Positions 21,567 to 34,841 are shown, counted from the stretch's first letter. The stretch: DNA of 64,000 nt from Macrostomum lignano (GCA_002269645.1 NIVC01000104.1:310001-374000); one strand, 5' to 3'. A program made the numbers and translations. Notes: generated from the sequence alone by a model not told the origin.

Positions 21567-24500
21567 TCACTCCAGAATCGGGATGTAGGCTTCAATCTTG
21601 GCTCGGTGCCGCTGGCTGACGCACTCGGCAATCCAGACGATGTTGCGAATCTCCTGCTCCTTCAGCTTCACCAGCGAGTAGAACACGCCGTAGTGGAACT
21701 GCTGCATGAATGCGCGGACGTTCAGTCGAACTTCGTGCTCAAAGAATTTGTCCTCTAAAGTTTTGTCCATGCCGGTGCCGTCGTCCTCGAACATGACTCG
21801 GTACTCCTGAGGTGCCGGATTGGGGTGTGATAGTCAGAAATAATAATAATTGATTACACCTGCCCCAATGGGCAGATGTGCAACCTACAGCTCAGCCGCA
21901 GCGACATCGCCCCAAACCCTTAAATTTTACAGTTGGGTGAACTGAAGCAATGCCTGCAACCTACCTGCGAATATTTCTTTTCAGGTAAACAGCGAGAGCA
22001 ACCAGGATAGCATTTTTTCAATGTTTACCTCGTCATCTAATTAGTTAAAGTGCACTTTGAAAATGAAGAATTACAGTTAGAAAGCAACTCACAGCGAAAT
22101 AATCGGCCACCAGTTTGACCTGCTCAACCTCTTCAGCTTGAGCCAGCATCTCCAGACCGCCAGGGTACAGTCTGCCGCAGGCGGGGTACAGCTTCTTCCT
22201 GTCCTCCTTGAGCAGCTCGGTGCCAAAGGAGTTGATGGTGATCATGAAGGCTCGGCGATCGGCCTCGAATGCCAGAACCTCCTGCATGACCTCAGCCGTG
22301 GTGCCGCCGATCTGCTGGCAGAATGCGCTGAAGTCTTCCAGGTAGGCCTTGTAGAGAGTGTTCCTGATGATCTCGATGTTCATCTCATTCAGGTCCTCCT
22401 CGTTGATGCAGTCGGCGAAGTACGGGGCGAGCGGAGTGTCCACCTGGAGTGCGGTGAGGCGTTGGGATAAGCATCTCATAGTCACTCTCACATCAATCTC
22501 ATCACTCTCATAGTCACTCTCACATCAATCTCATCAATCTCACATCAATCTCATCACTCTCACATCAATCTCATCACTCTCACATTAATCTCATCACTAT
22601 CATAGTCACTCTCATATCAATCTCATAGTAACTCTCACATCAATCTCATAGTTACTCTCACATTAATCTCATACATGTAGTCACTCTCATATCAATCTTA
22701 TCAGTAATCACTCTCATATCAATCTCATCAGTAATCACTCTCATATCAATCTCATAGTCAATCTCACAACAATCTTAAAGTCACTCTCACATCAATCTCA
22801 TAAATGTAGTCACTCTCATATCAATCTCATCACTCTCATATCAATCTCATAGTCACTTTCACATCAATCTCATAGTCACACGCATATCACTCTCACATCA
22901 ATCCAATCATCACTCTCATATCAATCTCATTATCGTTCTCATATCAATCTCATAGTGACCCTCGCATCAATCTCAACATTCCACTAAACTCACCAGCACT
23001 GCATCGTACAGCTCCCTAGTTGTAGTAGCAATGTGAATCGCCTCCATCTGCTCAAAAGTGCCCATAGGATGGCACTTGGCCAGCATCTCTTTAATAGGCC
23101 TGTCGTGCAGTATGCCAGACAGCAGCAGCACCACATTGTCAATCATGTAGCTATAGGTGATGTAGTCCATGAACTCGGCCAGGTAGCCAGTGGCCTGGGT
23201 GCGCAAATGGTTAAACTCAATGATGAGTTTCTCTTTCAGGCGCTCTTCAATCACACTGACAGTGAGTGGGCCAGCCTCGTTGGCCAAGAAGTGGCCATAG
23301 TCGGTGGACTGCAGGTGGAGCTTCAGGTCTATGGGGGGTGGTTAAATAAAAAGTAAATTAGACAAGAAATACAAAATCTAATGACCTACATTACATGGTA
23401 ATAGAATTCATTATGTATGGAAAAGTTAACATGCTTAAAAAATAGGCACTGATATTTAATCAAAAGGATCAACCAATCTCTATAGTAGAAATTATGTTGA
23501 ATACATGATAGAATATAAAGCAAAAATCAAAATTTATATCAAACTTTCTTATCTTTTGTTTCTTTACATTGTGCTACATTGCAACTTCTGCAACTTCTTG
23601 GCCAGACATCTCACCACCTTGTCAAATTAGCTAGGTTGGCCTGTGTTGCACATTTATGTTATTATTTTTAACCCAAAATTTTATACTACAAATTTCTGCA
23701 AAACCAATATGATTGACAATATTAAAGAATTAAAATAAAAAACTGGTTTTAAGTTTCATAAATTAGATTTGAATAAATTGATTTTTTACAAGCTATGACA
23801 TTGATACCCATAATTGCAACAATAAATGACCTTATTGTCATTTGTTAGAGCATAATGAACTCTTTTTAGTAAATAATTTGGTTAGTTTTGATGCATTTTT
23901 AGTGTTATATTTATAGTGGAAAATTGATACACAAAAAATTGTTTAACTACATTGATATATGCTAAAAAACTGGAAAGCTTGAAATTTACACTTGTAAATG
24001 AACTTCTTTCTATATTTTTTCTACTTCACAACAACTCTTTTGCATGATTTTATAAAGTGCACGCTAGGTGATGCATGCCAATTGTGTATGCCTAATTTTG
24101 GCATGCAAGGCCAATGCACACCTAAATTTTTGGGCATATACTACATGATCCAGAGTGTGGCACACCTAGCGTGCACTTTAAAGAATCATGTGTAAGTTAT
24201 TGTGAAGTAGAAAAAATATGAAAAAAGTTCATTTTAAGTGCAAATTTCAAGCTTTCTGGTTTTTTTCAAGCTTGTAAAAGATCATGTAAACAAATCTTTG
24301 TGTGTATAAGTCATAATGTAAAAAAGGTCATTTATTGTCGCAACACTAGCATATTTTTAAGAATAGGCATGCACTACATTTTTTGGCATGCATTTGTAAT
24401 TAGGGGCCTATTCAATTTTTGTTCAGGTGTGCACCTAGCATGATCTGGACTATGGCTAGAATGTGGTTTATATATGCTTTAAATTATATTATACATCTAT

Positions 24501-24872
24501 ACCAAGGGTCAGCTGTCAGCAAACTTTGTCCAGTGCAGGCTGGATTGAAAGACTGGGCTGAGCCTACAGGATAGCCATTAATACTTCCTTTGCCTAGCCA
24601 TATGCCTAGCCTACCTAGACCTATTACTTATTCAAAGTTTAAAGTCTAATGCATATAGTGAAAAGCTAGTTATTTAAAATACTTACGCTTAACTGTTGAC
24701 TATTAAATTAAAGGCATTTTGTATATTTATTATAAAAAGCAAACTCACCTTCTAGTGTTTCACACTGAGTCAAGTTGTAGTAGTCAGTTTTTTTTAGAAT
24801 TCCGCCCTTAAATCCTCTTGCGAGACCTTCCAGGTAGCCTGCATCCACACTAAACATGGATTCAGAAAACAT
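21567..24872 (-). CDS. ATP6V0D1: V-type proton ATPase V0 subunit d, 349 aa, 4 exons
   Basis: Exons 24872-24749, 23328-22994, 22443-22093, 21806-21567; [61 protein letters not shown]. Confidence 0.97.
22470..22975. repeat. Degenerate TCAATCTCA-core tandem repeat
   Basis: V0d intron 2. Confidence 0.85.
23815..24342. mobile_element. Foldback/MITE-like inverted repeat in V0d intron 1
   Basis: Arm 23974-24078 pairs with 24160-24255, with weaker pairing out to CAACAATAAATGACC / GGTCATTTATTGTCG. Confidence 0.6.
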
Positions 24873-25292
24873 TTTGTTCGCTTTGTTATGAGGCAAAAAT
24901 CCTTATATCTTGACCATAAAAGTACAGGCTGTTAGTTATCCTTTCAAAATGTTAGAATCGCGATTTCTCAGAAAAATACTGAATTATAATTTTAAAGTGT
25001 ATTTTATAACAAAATTTCGTATGACTTTATAGTTTATGAGTTACCATTGCTCTACCTTTGTAAAAATACTTACTTTTTACTAAGTATATTTTATTGTTTT
25101 TTTCAAGGTTTTTTTTCAAACAATTTTTAAGCTCCTAGTTTTCTTCGAAAACTTCCATGTCGCAAAACCGTTCGTCTCACTTGACACACTTGACAGTTGA
25201 CACCATTTTGTGACTTTCGTCTGCGACTTCTTGAAATAGAAATTTGTCCATCTCGATTTAATATTTATTGAATAAATTATTTTCTAGCTGTG
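24873..25292. promoter_or_regulatory. Probable bidirectional promoter (V0d / transaldolase)
   Basis: Divergent start codons only 420 bp apart. Confidence 0.7.
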
Positions 25293-28062
25293 ATGGCTCT
25301 GGAAGAACTAAAAAAATACACGATTATTGTTGCTGATACTGGGGATTTTGATGGTATGTTAATTGTTTATTTTTTTTGCAGCTCACTATCTATTCACACA
25401 ACACACTCAGACACTGTCAAAACTGTCAACCTACCAAAGGTGGCGACTTCTCTCTCACCTCAACTGCAAGTGACGTAACTTGTGCTGCAGCATGGCTAAA
25501 GCTAGGCTAGGGGAGTGAATTTTAGAGGTGACTTCTCTCTTATGACCTACCTCAACCACAAATGCCAGTTGATGCTACTTGTTGCCATAGTCCAGATAGC
25601 ATGCTGAGTGCATGTCAGAATGCCCTAAACCAAATTTACAAATGCATGCTGATGCAAACACGATGGACTGGAAGATGTGTGGGAATTATGCCCCAATTGA
25701 CTAGGCCTAGGGATTATTGTGTAGGCCCTAACTAATGGATTAAGAGAGGAGATTATTTACCTACTAATTTACTGTGCATATATACCAGTAGAGACCACTA
25801 TGGATTATGGAATTGCTGCAGCTATGCATTCTACAACTTGGCCATCTTGGTCCTAAGACATGAAATCAATCAAACAGATTAGATTTTTTATAGTGTAGAT
25901 AGCAAAATTTAGCATAGAATTTAGAGATCCTTTACAAAATGTTTTATAGCTATGCTAGCAAGGCCATTGCTAATGCTTGGTAGCATCTTCTATAGAATTT
26001 TTTATGACACTTTATTCTAGGGATGCTATAATAGAGTTATTGCTTTACTGCAGGCCTAGGTATGATACATTCAGTATTGAATGCTTAACAATCTTAATGT
26101 TGTTAACTCAAGTCAATTGTTTAAAACTATTCAACTATTTTGTATAGTGGTTTACTTATATCTAGGATTTTCTATTGGACTTTGACATTTGATAGTCACA
26201 AAATAGATTATGGCTTTAATTTGTGATGGCAGGCCAGATATACTTAGGCAGGCCAGTAAGAAATGAAATAGAAGTGGTTCTCAGCATAGTGGCTACCACA
26301 CTATAGACCTCTATCACCTCCATAATTCTAAACCCTTAATGCAACAATAAACAAAATCAACAAGTTCAAATAATTTCATCATTTTTTTACTTGAAAAAAT
26401 GTTTTTTGTCATCATAATTGTATTGCCATTTTAGCTATTAAGACCTACCAGCCAACTGATGCCACCACCAATCCTTCACTGATTCTGGCTGCTGCTAAGA
26501 TGCCACAGTACAAGCAGCTGGTAGACTCTACTGTATCAAGCAGCGCCACTCTTGAAGAAGCAATGGACCGTCTGTTTGTTGCATTCGGCTTAGAGATTCT
26601 CAAAGTGGTTCCTGGTCGCGTGTCTACTGAGGTTGATGCTAGGTAAGTTATGCATGCTTTAAAAATGGCAAAGTTTAGCACAGCCTATGAAAAATCAGAT
26701 TTTTAGACATTAATAAATATTTTATTTATTTAAACAATTTAACAAGCCTTTTTAGTAAAACAATGTTAATGCAAATAATGTCTAATATATATTTTAGACT
26801 GTCATTCGACAAAGATGCTCAAGTGGCCAAGGCCAGACGCCTCATCAAGCTGTACGCAGACGCCGGCATAGCCAAAGAGCGCGTGCTCATTAAGCTGAGC
26901 TCCACCTGGGAGGGAATTCAAGCCGCTAAGCTGTTGGAAGCTGAAGGCATTCACTGCAATCTGACGCTGATGTTTTCTATGCCGCAGGTTTGTTAAAGCT
27001 GGGATGCGAGTATGTGCAGTAGCATTAAATTAAACTCTCGAAATGCTGTTGGTTCAAGTTTTTATAGTCTGTGTATCTGTTTGTCTTATGGAGTCTGTTA
27101 ATGCATGTTATACATGTCTTTGTCTATAGTCTAACTATGTTAATGTCATTCTATCTGCGTGCCTGTCTGTCTGTCAGTCTGTCTGTCTGTCTGTCTGTGT
27201 CTGTCTGTCTGTCTGTGTCTGTCTGTCTGTCTGTGTCTGTCTGTCTGTCTGGCTGGCTGTCTGTGTCTGTCTGTCTGTCTGTCTGGCTGGCTGTCTGTGT
27301 CTGTCTGTCTGTCTGGCTGGCTGTCTGTCTGTGTGTCTGTCTGTCTGTATCCGTGTCGTCTGTCTGTCTGCCTGTCTGTCTGCACCTGTGTCTGGCTTTC
27401 TGTCTGTCCTTCTGTCTTAGAGTCTACATGTACCTCTAACCTCTATGAGTCTGACAGAATTTCTGTCTGTCTGTTTTTCTTCCCCCCTCAGTATTGCTCA
27501 CATTCAATATCGTTAAAATCTAAAACTGAGATAAATTTAACACTCACTAATCCAACCCGGTTGCCAGGCGATCGCATGCGCCGAGGCCAAGGTCACACTA
27601 ATCTCGCCATTCGTCGGTCGCATCACGGACTGGTACGGCAAAAAGCTCGGCGTCAGCTCGTTCGATCGCGAATCCGAGCCGGGCGTTCGGTTCGTTCGCG
27701 GAGTGTACAATTATTACAAAAAGTTCGGCTATAAAACTGAAATTATGGGCGCCAGCTTTCGCAATACAATGCAAATCCTTGAGCTGGCCGGCTGCGACCT
27801 GCTCACCATCAGCCCAGCCCTGCTGGAGCAGCTCCGGGTGCTATCAGCCGAAGTGCCCAGGCGGCTGTGCAGCGAACGGGCCAGCCAGGACTGCCCGGAC
27901 AGCGCCGCCCGCTCACTCAACGAGGCCGAGTTTCGCTGGCAGCTGAACGAAGACGAGATGGCGACGGACAAACTGGCCGAAGGTATTCGCCGATTCGCCG
28001 CCGACGCTGCCACGCTGGAGAAGCAGATTGAAGCGGCTCTGGTCGCCAAGTCCAGCGCTTGA
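25293..28062 (+). CDS. TALDO1: Transaldolase, 317 aa, 4 exons
   Basis: Exons 25293-25353, 26435-26642, 26798-26987, 27568-28062; [31 protein letters not shown], catalytic-Lys motif [18 protein letters not shown]. Confidence 0.97.
27155..27410. repeat. (TCTG)n microsatellite
   Basis: Transaldolase intron 3. Confidence 0.95.
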
Positions 28063-28221
28063 AGAGTCTTGCATTGATTGGGATTGTGACCTGAAGTGAC
28101 CCCTAAGACCCGAGAATAGAAAGAAAATGTTTGCTTTTAAAAGGAGCCTTTTAGAGACATGAAGCATGCAGGTAAATTTTGGGTCTTGAATTAGGCAATT
28201 ACGCATAGTAGAGGTTTAAAA

Positions 28222-28640
28222 TTAGACAATTAGGCGTAGCTCAAGTCTTATTTAGACAATTAGGCGTAGCTTAATTCTTGAATTAGACAATTAAGCGTAG
28301 CTCAAGTCTTAAATTAGGCGTAGCTTGATTCCTAAATTGGGCAATTAGGCGTAGCTCAAGTCTTAATTAGACGATTAGGCGTAGCTTAATTCTTGAATTA
28401 GACAATTAAGCGTAGCTCAAGTCTTAAATTAGGCGTAGCTTGATTCCTAAATTGGGCAATTAGGCGTAGCTCAAGTCTTAATTAGACGATTAGGCGCAGC
28501 TTGATTCTGAAATTAGACAGTTAGACGTAGCTCAATGTTGAATTAGACAATTAGACGTAGCTTAAGTATTACAATTTACAATTACGTATAATTTAGGTTT
28601 CACATTAGATAACTAGGTATAGTTTAGTCTCTAAATTATA
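28222..28640. repeat. ~30-bp imperfect tandem repeat (AATTAGACAATTAGGCGTAGCTCAAGTCTT)
   Basis: 3' of transaldolase. Confidence 0.85.
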
Positions 28641-30113
28641 CAATTAGGGCCTAGGCATATTTCAGGTCTCTCTTATCCCGAAATGCAAGGATTTCTAACC
28701 TATACACTAACCTACCGTGACCTTTTTGTTAAATTCGTCGCAATGGTCACTATGACGCCCAAGTTCAGTTCTGGATCATCTATTTTCTATACCATTGTTA
28801 GTTTAAATAATAGTTCGTCATCTTTTTGAAAATTATTGATAAATAAACAAAAATTATTTTTCTTGGTTATAAACAAATGTTTGTGCATATGAAGGCGTTT
28901 TATGTTATCGAGATTTAACGAATTCAGTTGTTAACAGAACAGAGGCTATTTCAATGTAATTCAGTTCATATCCAGCTATATCACATCCCGTGACTTCCTG
29001 TAAAATCGCAGTGCAAGGTTGTGTTGAAAGTGAAATGAGCGCTTCATTCCCTGGTGACCTTGAATTTATGAATACATTTAATCACGCATTATAGTAGCTT
29101 TATTAGTTTAGTAGTATTCCTAAAGTACATGTATGATGTCATTTTATTTTGTAGCTTAGGCGTTCAGTTAATAAACCATCGGAAGTCTCCATTTATTGAT
29201 TGATTATAGAAATCATGTCAATTAAATATATAAATTAAAAGTTCTCAATCAATAACTACTGTCTGTCTTAGAGTTGAATGCTTTTTATTTGAAAAAAGAG
29301 AAAGGCAATGAGGTTGCAGGTAAAAAAGCAATGGTGCCTGATTGCAGCGCATGGGCATTTTGGCGGACGGCGTCCGGCGCGGATCTAATACGGCGCAGCG
29401 CAGTGCGTACGGCGCGCGGCGATTAGTACGGCGCGGCGCGGTACTAATTAGATGCCGAGGCATTTAGGCTTGATAAGACAGTCATAGTTACTCCTGCCGT
29501 TTACCCAACATTTACCCTGCGTTAATTTTGCTTTAGGGTTTCTTTCACAGGTAAGTCATTTCACAGCGTGGCGCAGGTTGTGTAGGCGTCTGGCGTACTT
29601 AAGCCATGCGCTGCAATAGGGCAATGGTGGGATTGATATAAATCTGTTATACCCACAGTCTGAATATTTAACAGATATCGACGAGGACTCTGTGTACCAA
29701 GGAATTTTAGTTAAGGCAGTCAATCTTTTGGTCAGAATATTTGACAAACAAAAAATGAATAATTTTAATAAGCAAATCAAATATCAATAGTAACACAACA
29801 CATAATTGGATTTACAACACGACATTGAGCAAGCGATTAGTAATTATAATTCACGTATGAAAAAAAAGTTAGCTTCAATAATATAAAAGTACGCTCGTAC
29901 AAAAACATTTTGTACATACGAGAATATATAAATCACAGAGAGATTATCTTTTTGAAAAGAATTACAACAGACAGGCTGTAAGAGTAGTATGTATGTAATA
30001 TTGATATAATAAAATGTTATCAGAAGTCACGAGAAACTTACTGATTGCACTACTATCGAATGGCAGTGAAAAGTAGCAATATTCGAGTGTTTATAAAAAA
30101 ATCTGTTAACTAA

Positions 30114-33100
30114 TCAAGTCGGAGCAGAGTGATCCTCGATGTAGCGCTGGATAAGTACGCGGAGGCTGCGATTGCTAATTAGCTGCGGCTTCATCAGTTC
30201 GTTAGTCATTGGGCTGGTTGTTCGGCCGCGTTCCAGCCAGGACTCGATGGCGCCGCGCTCGTAGGTGTAGCCGTCTGCCGCTATGACCGGGTCGCGCATC
30301 AGCTCGCGAGTGATGGGGCACAGATACTCGTCCGGGATGCCTGCGGGTTGGGGGGGGGGAGCAATCGGTTACGGGAATATAAAAGGAGCAGCTATTCGCA
30401 AAGCGTGCAGAATCACGGGGGATTATAAAGGCAATTATCATAAATACGTTAGGATAAACCATGAATGAGGAGAATCAAATGTGATAAATTGTAGTGAGCC
30501 GCTAGTTTAGTGTTTGGCGTTCCCCTTTGTCAGCAGTCTCCCTCGCCCTCGCCCTGGGTTGCTGTCTGCCGCTGGTCAGCTTCCCGCCCCCCTGGCCCGT
30601 CTGTTGCTGCCCTTGGCCTGTTCTGCCCTTCTGCGTCTCTGTTCTCAGCCCTTAGCTTCTCTGCTGTGGGCTGTCTCTGTTTCGTTCCCGTCCCGTTTTC
30701 CTCTGTCATGTGAGCAAGTCACATGACAGACTCTGCGTTCTTCGATTCCTAAAGTGCAGTAAACATGTTTACTGCACTCGCTGGTCCTGTTTACCGGGAG
30801 AATCACGTGCTTTCGGACCCCTCCCTTCTCTAAGGAGAGGAGTGACTCATGTTGCTAAAAATAGCAACTGAGTCACAGCCGCGTGTACTCTGGCCAGAGA
30901 CCTCAAGTGACGTCAGTTCTAAAAATAGAACGAGTAACGAGGTCTTGTGCGCGGGAGAATCCCGGCTATAAATAGGACCCCTCTTCCCCTTGTTTCCGTC
31001 AAGGCGCTTCTAGTTTTCTGACTTAGGATCTGTTTCTCGAGTTCCAAGTTCCGAGCTTGCGAGCCCGAGTGTCTGTACTGACCACACGTCTGCGTACATT
31101 GAGTTCTCTGCTATTGGTCTGTCTGAGACCCTACTAAAGCAAACCCAAAGCCTACGAGAGGCTAACTCAGCCCTCCATGTACCAACCAAGCCCGGCAGGT
31201 GCTGCTGACGAGACGCCTTGTACGTTGAACTGCAAATCTGCACCCGGTGCTGAGTTCGTTGACTTCGTTATTTCGTTCCGACGGGAAGCTCACCTCACCG
31301 AAGGCCGAGACTTGAAGGAACTGGTGGCAGCACTACCTACGCTACTGAGAGTTAAGAGAACTTCCCACTGAAGAGGCTCGAGTCTTAAGGTGCCTAAACC
31401 GGGAAGCAACCGGGAAGAAACCGGGAAGCTCGAATCTTAAGTGCCTAAACCGGGAAGCAAACAGCGTTCTACTTCATTGGTGGCAGCGGCAGGATTCAAA
31501 GACCTACCAGGCCACCTCGAGACAACCCCGAGACAACCATTAGTACTTCAAAATCATAAAGGGGACAATCATAAATGGGATAAATCATAAAGGGGAGAAT
31601 CATAAATAGGATAAATGATAAAGGAGAGAATCATTACTGGGGTAAATCATAAAGGGGAGAATCATAAATGGGATAAATCATAAAGTTAGAAAGGGTAATC
31701 ACAAAAAGAAATTCTTATAAAGTGCAAAGTGGGATAATGATAATAACATTCTAATGTTGGCAGACAAACAAGTTCCTAAATTGAAAACCCCTAAAAACAC
31801 GAACCGGCGTCCTTGTCCGCCTCAGTCCGATTATTTTTCATGGCCTCGATAGCATCCAGCAGCTTCTGTCTGTGCCCTAGTACGGCTGAAAAATTTAACA
31901 AGAGTCGCTTTAAACACTTTGGTTTTGTATTTTATTAGAAAAATGATAGCCAGACTACTACTAAGTAGCGTAAGTAGAAAATATAGACAAACACACTCAC
32001 CCATGCCCAGCTCGGTGCGCAATTGCGCGTCAGATAGCGACATCAATACTCGGCCATCGACAGCCTGTTCGTAGACTGCTCTACTGTACTGGCCAAGGCC
32101 TAATCGAGAGAACAGTCTAGCGACGTGATCCACAGTCCAGGCTGGCAATGGAGACCAGCTGGGCGCGCCAACTGGAGCTTCGGCAGCTTCGCTTGCCAAA
32201 TCTGGCAGGGGCACCTCTGAGAATGTGTTCGAAAGAGGTTTAAGTCCCAGATTGACACTGGAGGCTCGCTACGAGTCTGTGTGAATAATTGGGTAATAAT
32301 ATCTCAGAGGCTCTCTACGAACCCGCGTGAATAATTGGGTAATAATATCCCAGAGGCTTACTACGAACCCGCGTGAATAATTGGGTAATAAAATCTCGGA
32401 GGCTCTACGAACTCGCGTGAATAATTGGGTAATAATATCCCAGAGGCTTACTACGAACCCGCGTGAATAATTGGGTAATAAAATCTCGGAGGCTCTACGA
32501 ACTCGCGTGAATAATTGGGTAATAAAATCTCGGAGGCTCTCTACGAACCCGCGTGAATAATTGGGTAATAAAATCTCGGAGGCTCTCTACGAACCCGCGT
32601 GAATAATTGGGTAATAAAATCTCGGAGGCTCTCCACGAACTCGCGTGAATAATTGGTTAATAATATCTCGGAGAGTCTCGAAGAACCCATATGAATAAGT
32701 CGGTACTATTGACAATATTTCGGGAGGCTTTCTACGAACTTTTGTGAATATTTTGCACACAAATTTTACAGGCTTTGTAGGAAAAGCCCCGAGGGAATAA
32801 TGACTGAGAGATCCCGTCGAACGTTTCGCCCGGAATTTTTTCCGGAATTTTTTGCGTTCACCCGGAATTTTTTCCTATTCCAGTAATGCAATCTGATCCG
32901 GGTGGAAATTCCGGATCTGTAACGAAAGTTTACAGAATCCGGGCGAAATTCCCGGATCAAAAAGAAAAATTCCGGAAAATAGACCCGGATCGCTAAAAAA
33001 AATCCGGTGACTGTTCCGGGTGCGATCCGGGCGAGTGGACCGGATCAGCACACAAATCCGGGCTAAATTTTCCCGGATCAGCTTTGCCCGAAATTTGGCT

Positions 33101-34560
33101 GAAATTCGGGTCAAGGGAGCTGATCCGGGCGAATTTTCCGGATCAGTTGGTCCGGATCACTAGGGAGTTCCGACTCAAGTCCCGAAATTTTCCCGGATCA
33201 GCTTCGCCCGGAACTTGGCTGAAATTCGGGTCAGGGGAGCTGATCCGGGTGAATTTTCCGGATCATTTGGTCCGGATCACTGGAGAATTCCGACTCAATT
33301 CCCGAAATCTCACCCGGAACATTTTCACCCGGAACACTACTGAAATTCGGGTCTACACCCAGAATTCCGTAGTGTTCCGGGTGAAAAATTCCGGAAAATC
33401 AGACCGGAACAGCTTTCCTTTTCCCGAAAATTTTCCGGATCATATTTCCGGATTTTTTTCCGGAACAAGAGGCTGTTCCGGGCCAAAAAAGCTGATCCGG
33501 GCCTTCACCCGGAAATCAATTAAAAATCGGGCCCGGATCACAAAATTCCGGAAAAAATTCCGGGTGAAACGTTCGACGGGGATACTAAGTGAGATAAAAA
33601 ACTCTTGAGGATCCCTACGAGTAGACAAAGACTGCAGATTTTCATCATAATTCAAGGGCATAGCCATCGCAGTAAAAGACTCAGCGTATGATACGAAGAT
33701 AAAAAAATTACAAGAGGCTCTCTAGAATTTGTAATTAAATAATTGCATAAATTAACAATAACCCACCAGAGTCGGGTGTCTCCTCATCTATATCCAGCTC
33801 CCACACGCGAACTTGACGATCGTTTGAGCCGCTGGCTATGGACAGGCCGTCGTTAGACCAGCAACAGCTGGTCACGTATCTAAAATAATGAATTTAAAAG
33901 AACCATGCTCCTACTGACTACTATAAGTAAGCTACTAAATACTAACAATGGTAAACTACTAAAAATGTACTTAAAGTACATTTTGAATTAAATGGCAAAT
34001 TTAAAATACTCACCTTGAGTGAGCATCGATCATTTGCAGAAGGGAAAGTTTATCCTGGAATTAAGCAATTCAAATTCAAATTTAATAAAGACTTGCACAT
34101 ACATTTGAATAATTAACAAGCCATAAAATATGGTTTTATGGTTGTGCTCACAGGCTTCCAAACTCGAACAGTGTGATCGCCGGAACTGAAACAGAACGAA
34201 ACTGATTTTGTAAATAAATTCTTTACGAAACTCAATTACGGCAATTAATACTCAGGTTTAGTTAGTTATATAAAACGCACCCAGAAATTAATAATTTTCC
34301 ATTTGGCGAGAACTTTATCGAATTCACGGCACCGCTGTGACCCTTGAGAACTGATGCCAGAGTTAGCGTGACGTCTGTATTGGGCAATAAAAATATTATT
34401 TTGATTAATAATGAGCATACTTAGGGCGTTGAAGAATTGACACTGCACTATAGAAATACGACACGAAACTGCAGAAATTCACTAAGCAATCAAATTATTT
34501 TCATGCATTGGCTCAGACAGATAGCTGACAGAAATAGTTCGGTAGGATATCAAAGACTAC

Positions 34561-34631
<71 letters not shown>

Positions 34632-34682
34632 TTATCTGTCTGTCTGTCTGTCTGTCTAGCTGTCTGTCTGTCTGTGTAGCCT

Positions 34683-34721
<39 letters not shown>

Positions 34722-34809
34722 GCCTGTCTGTCTGTCTGTCTGTCTGTCTGTCTGCCTGTCTGTCTGTCTGTCTGTCTGTCATTCATGTCTGTCTGTCTGT
34801 CTGTCTGCC

Positions 34810-34841
<32 letters not shown>

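Noticed and set aside
29340-29465. GC-rich ACGGCGC-repeat patch as an RNA gene or SINE
   Set aside because: No A/B boxes, cloverleaf, TIR or TSD could be identified.
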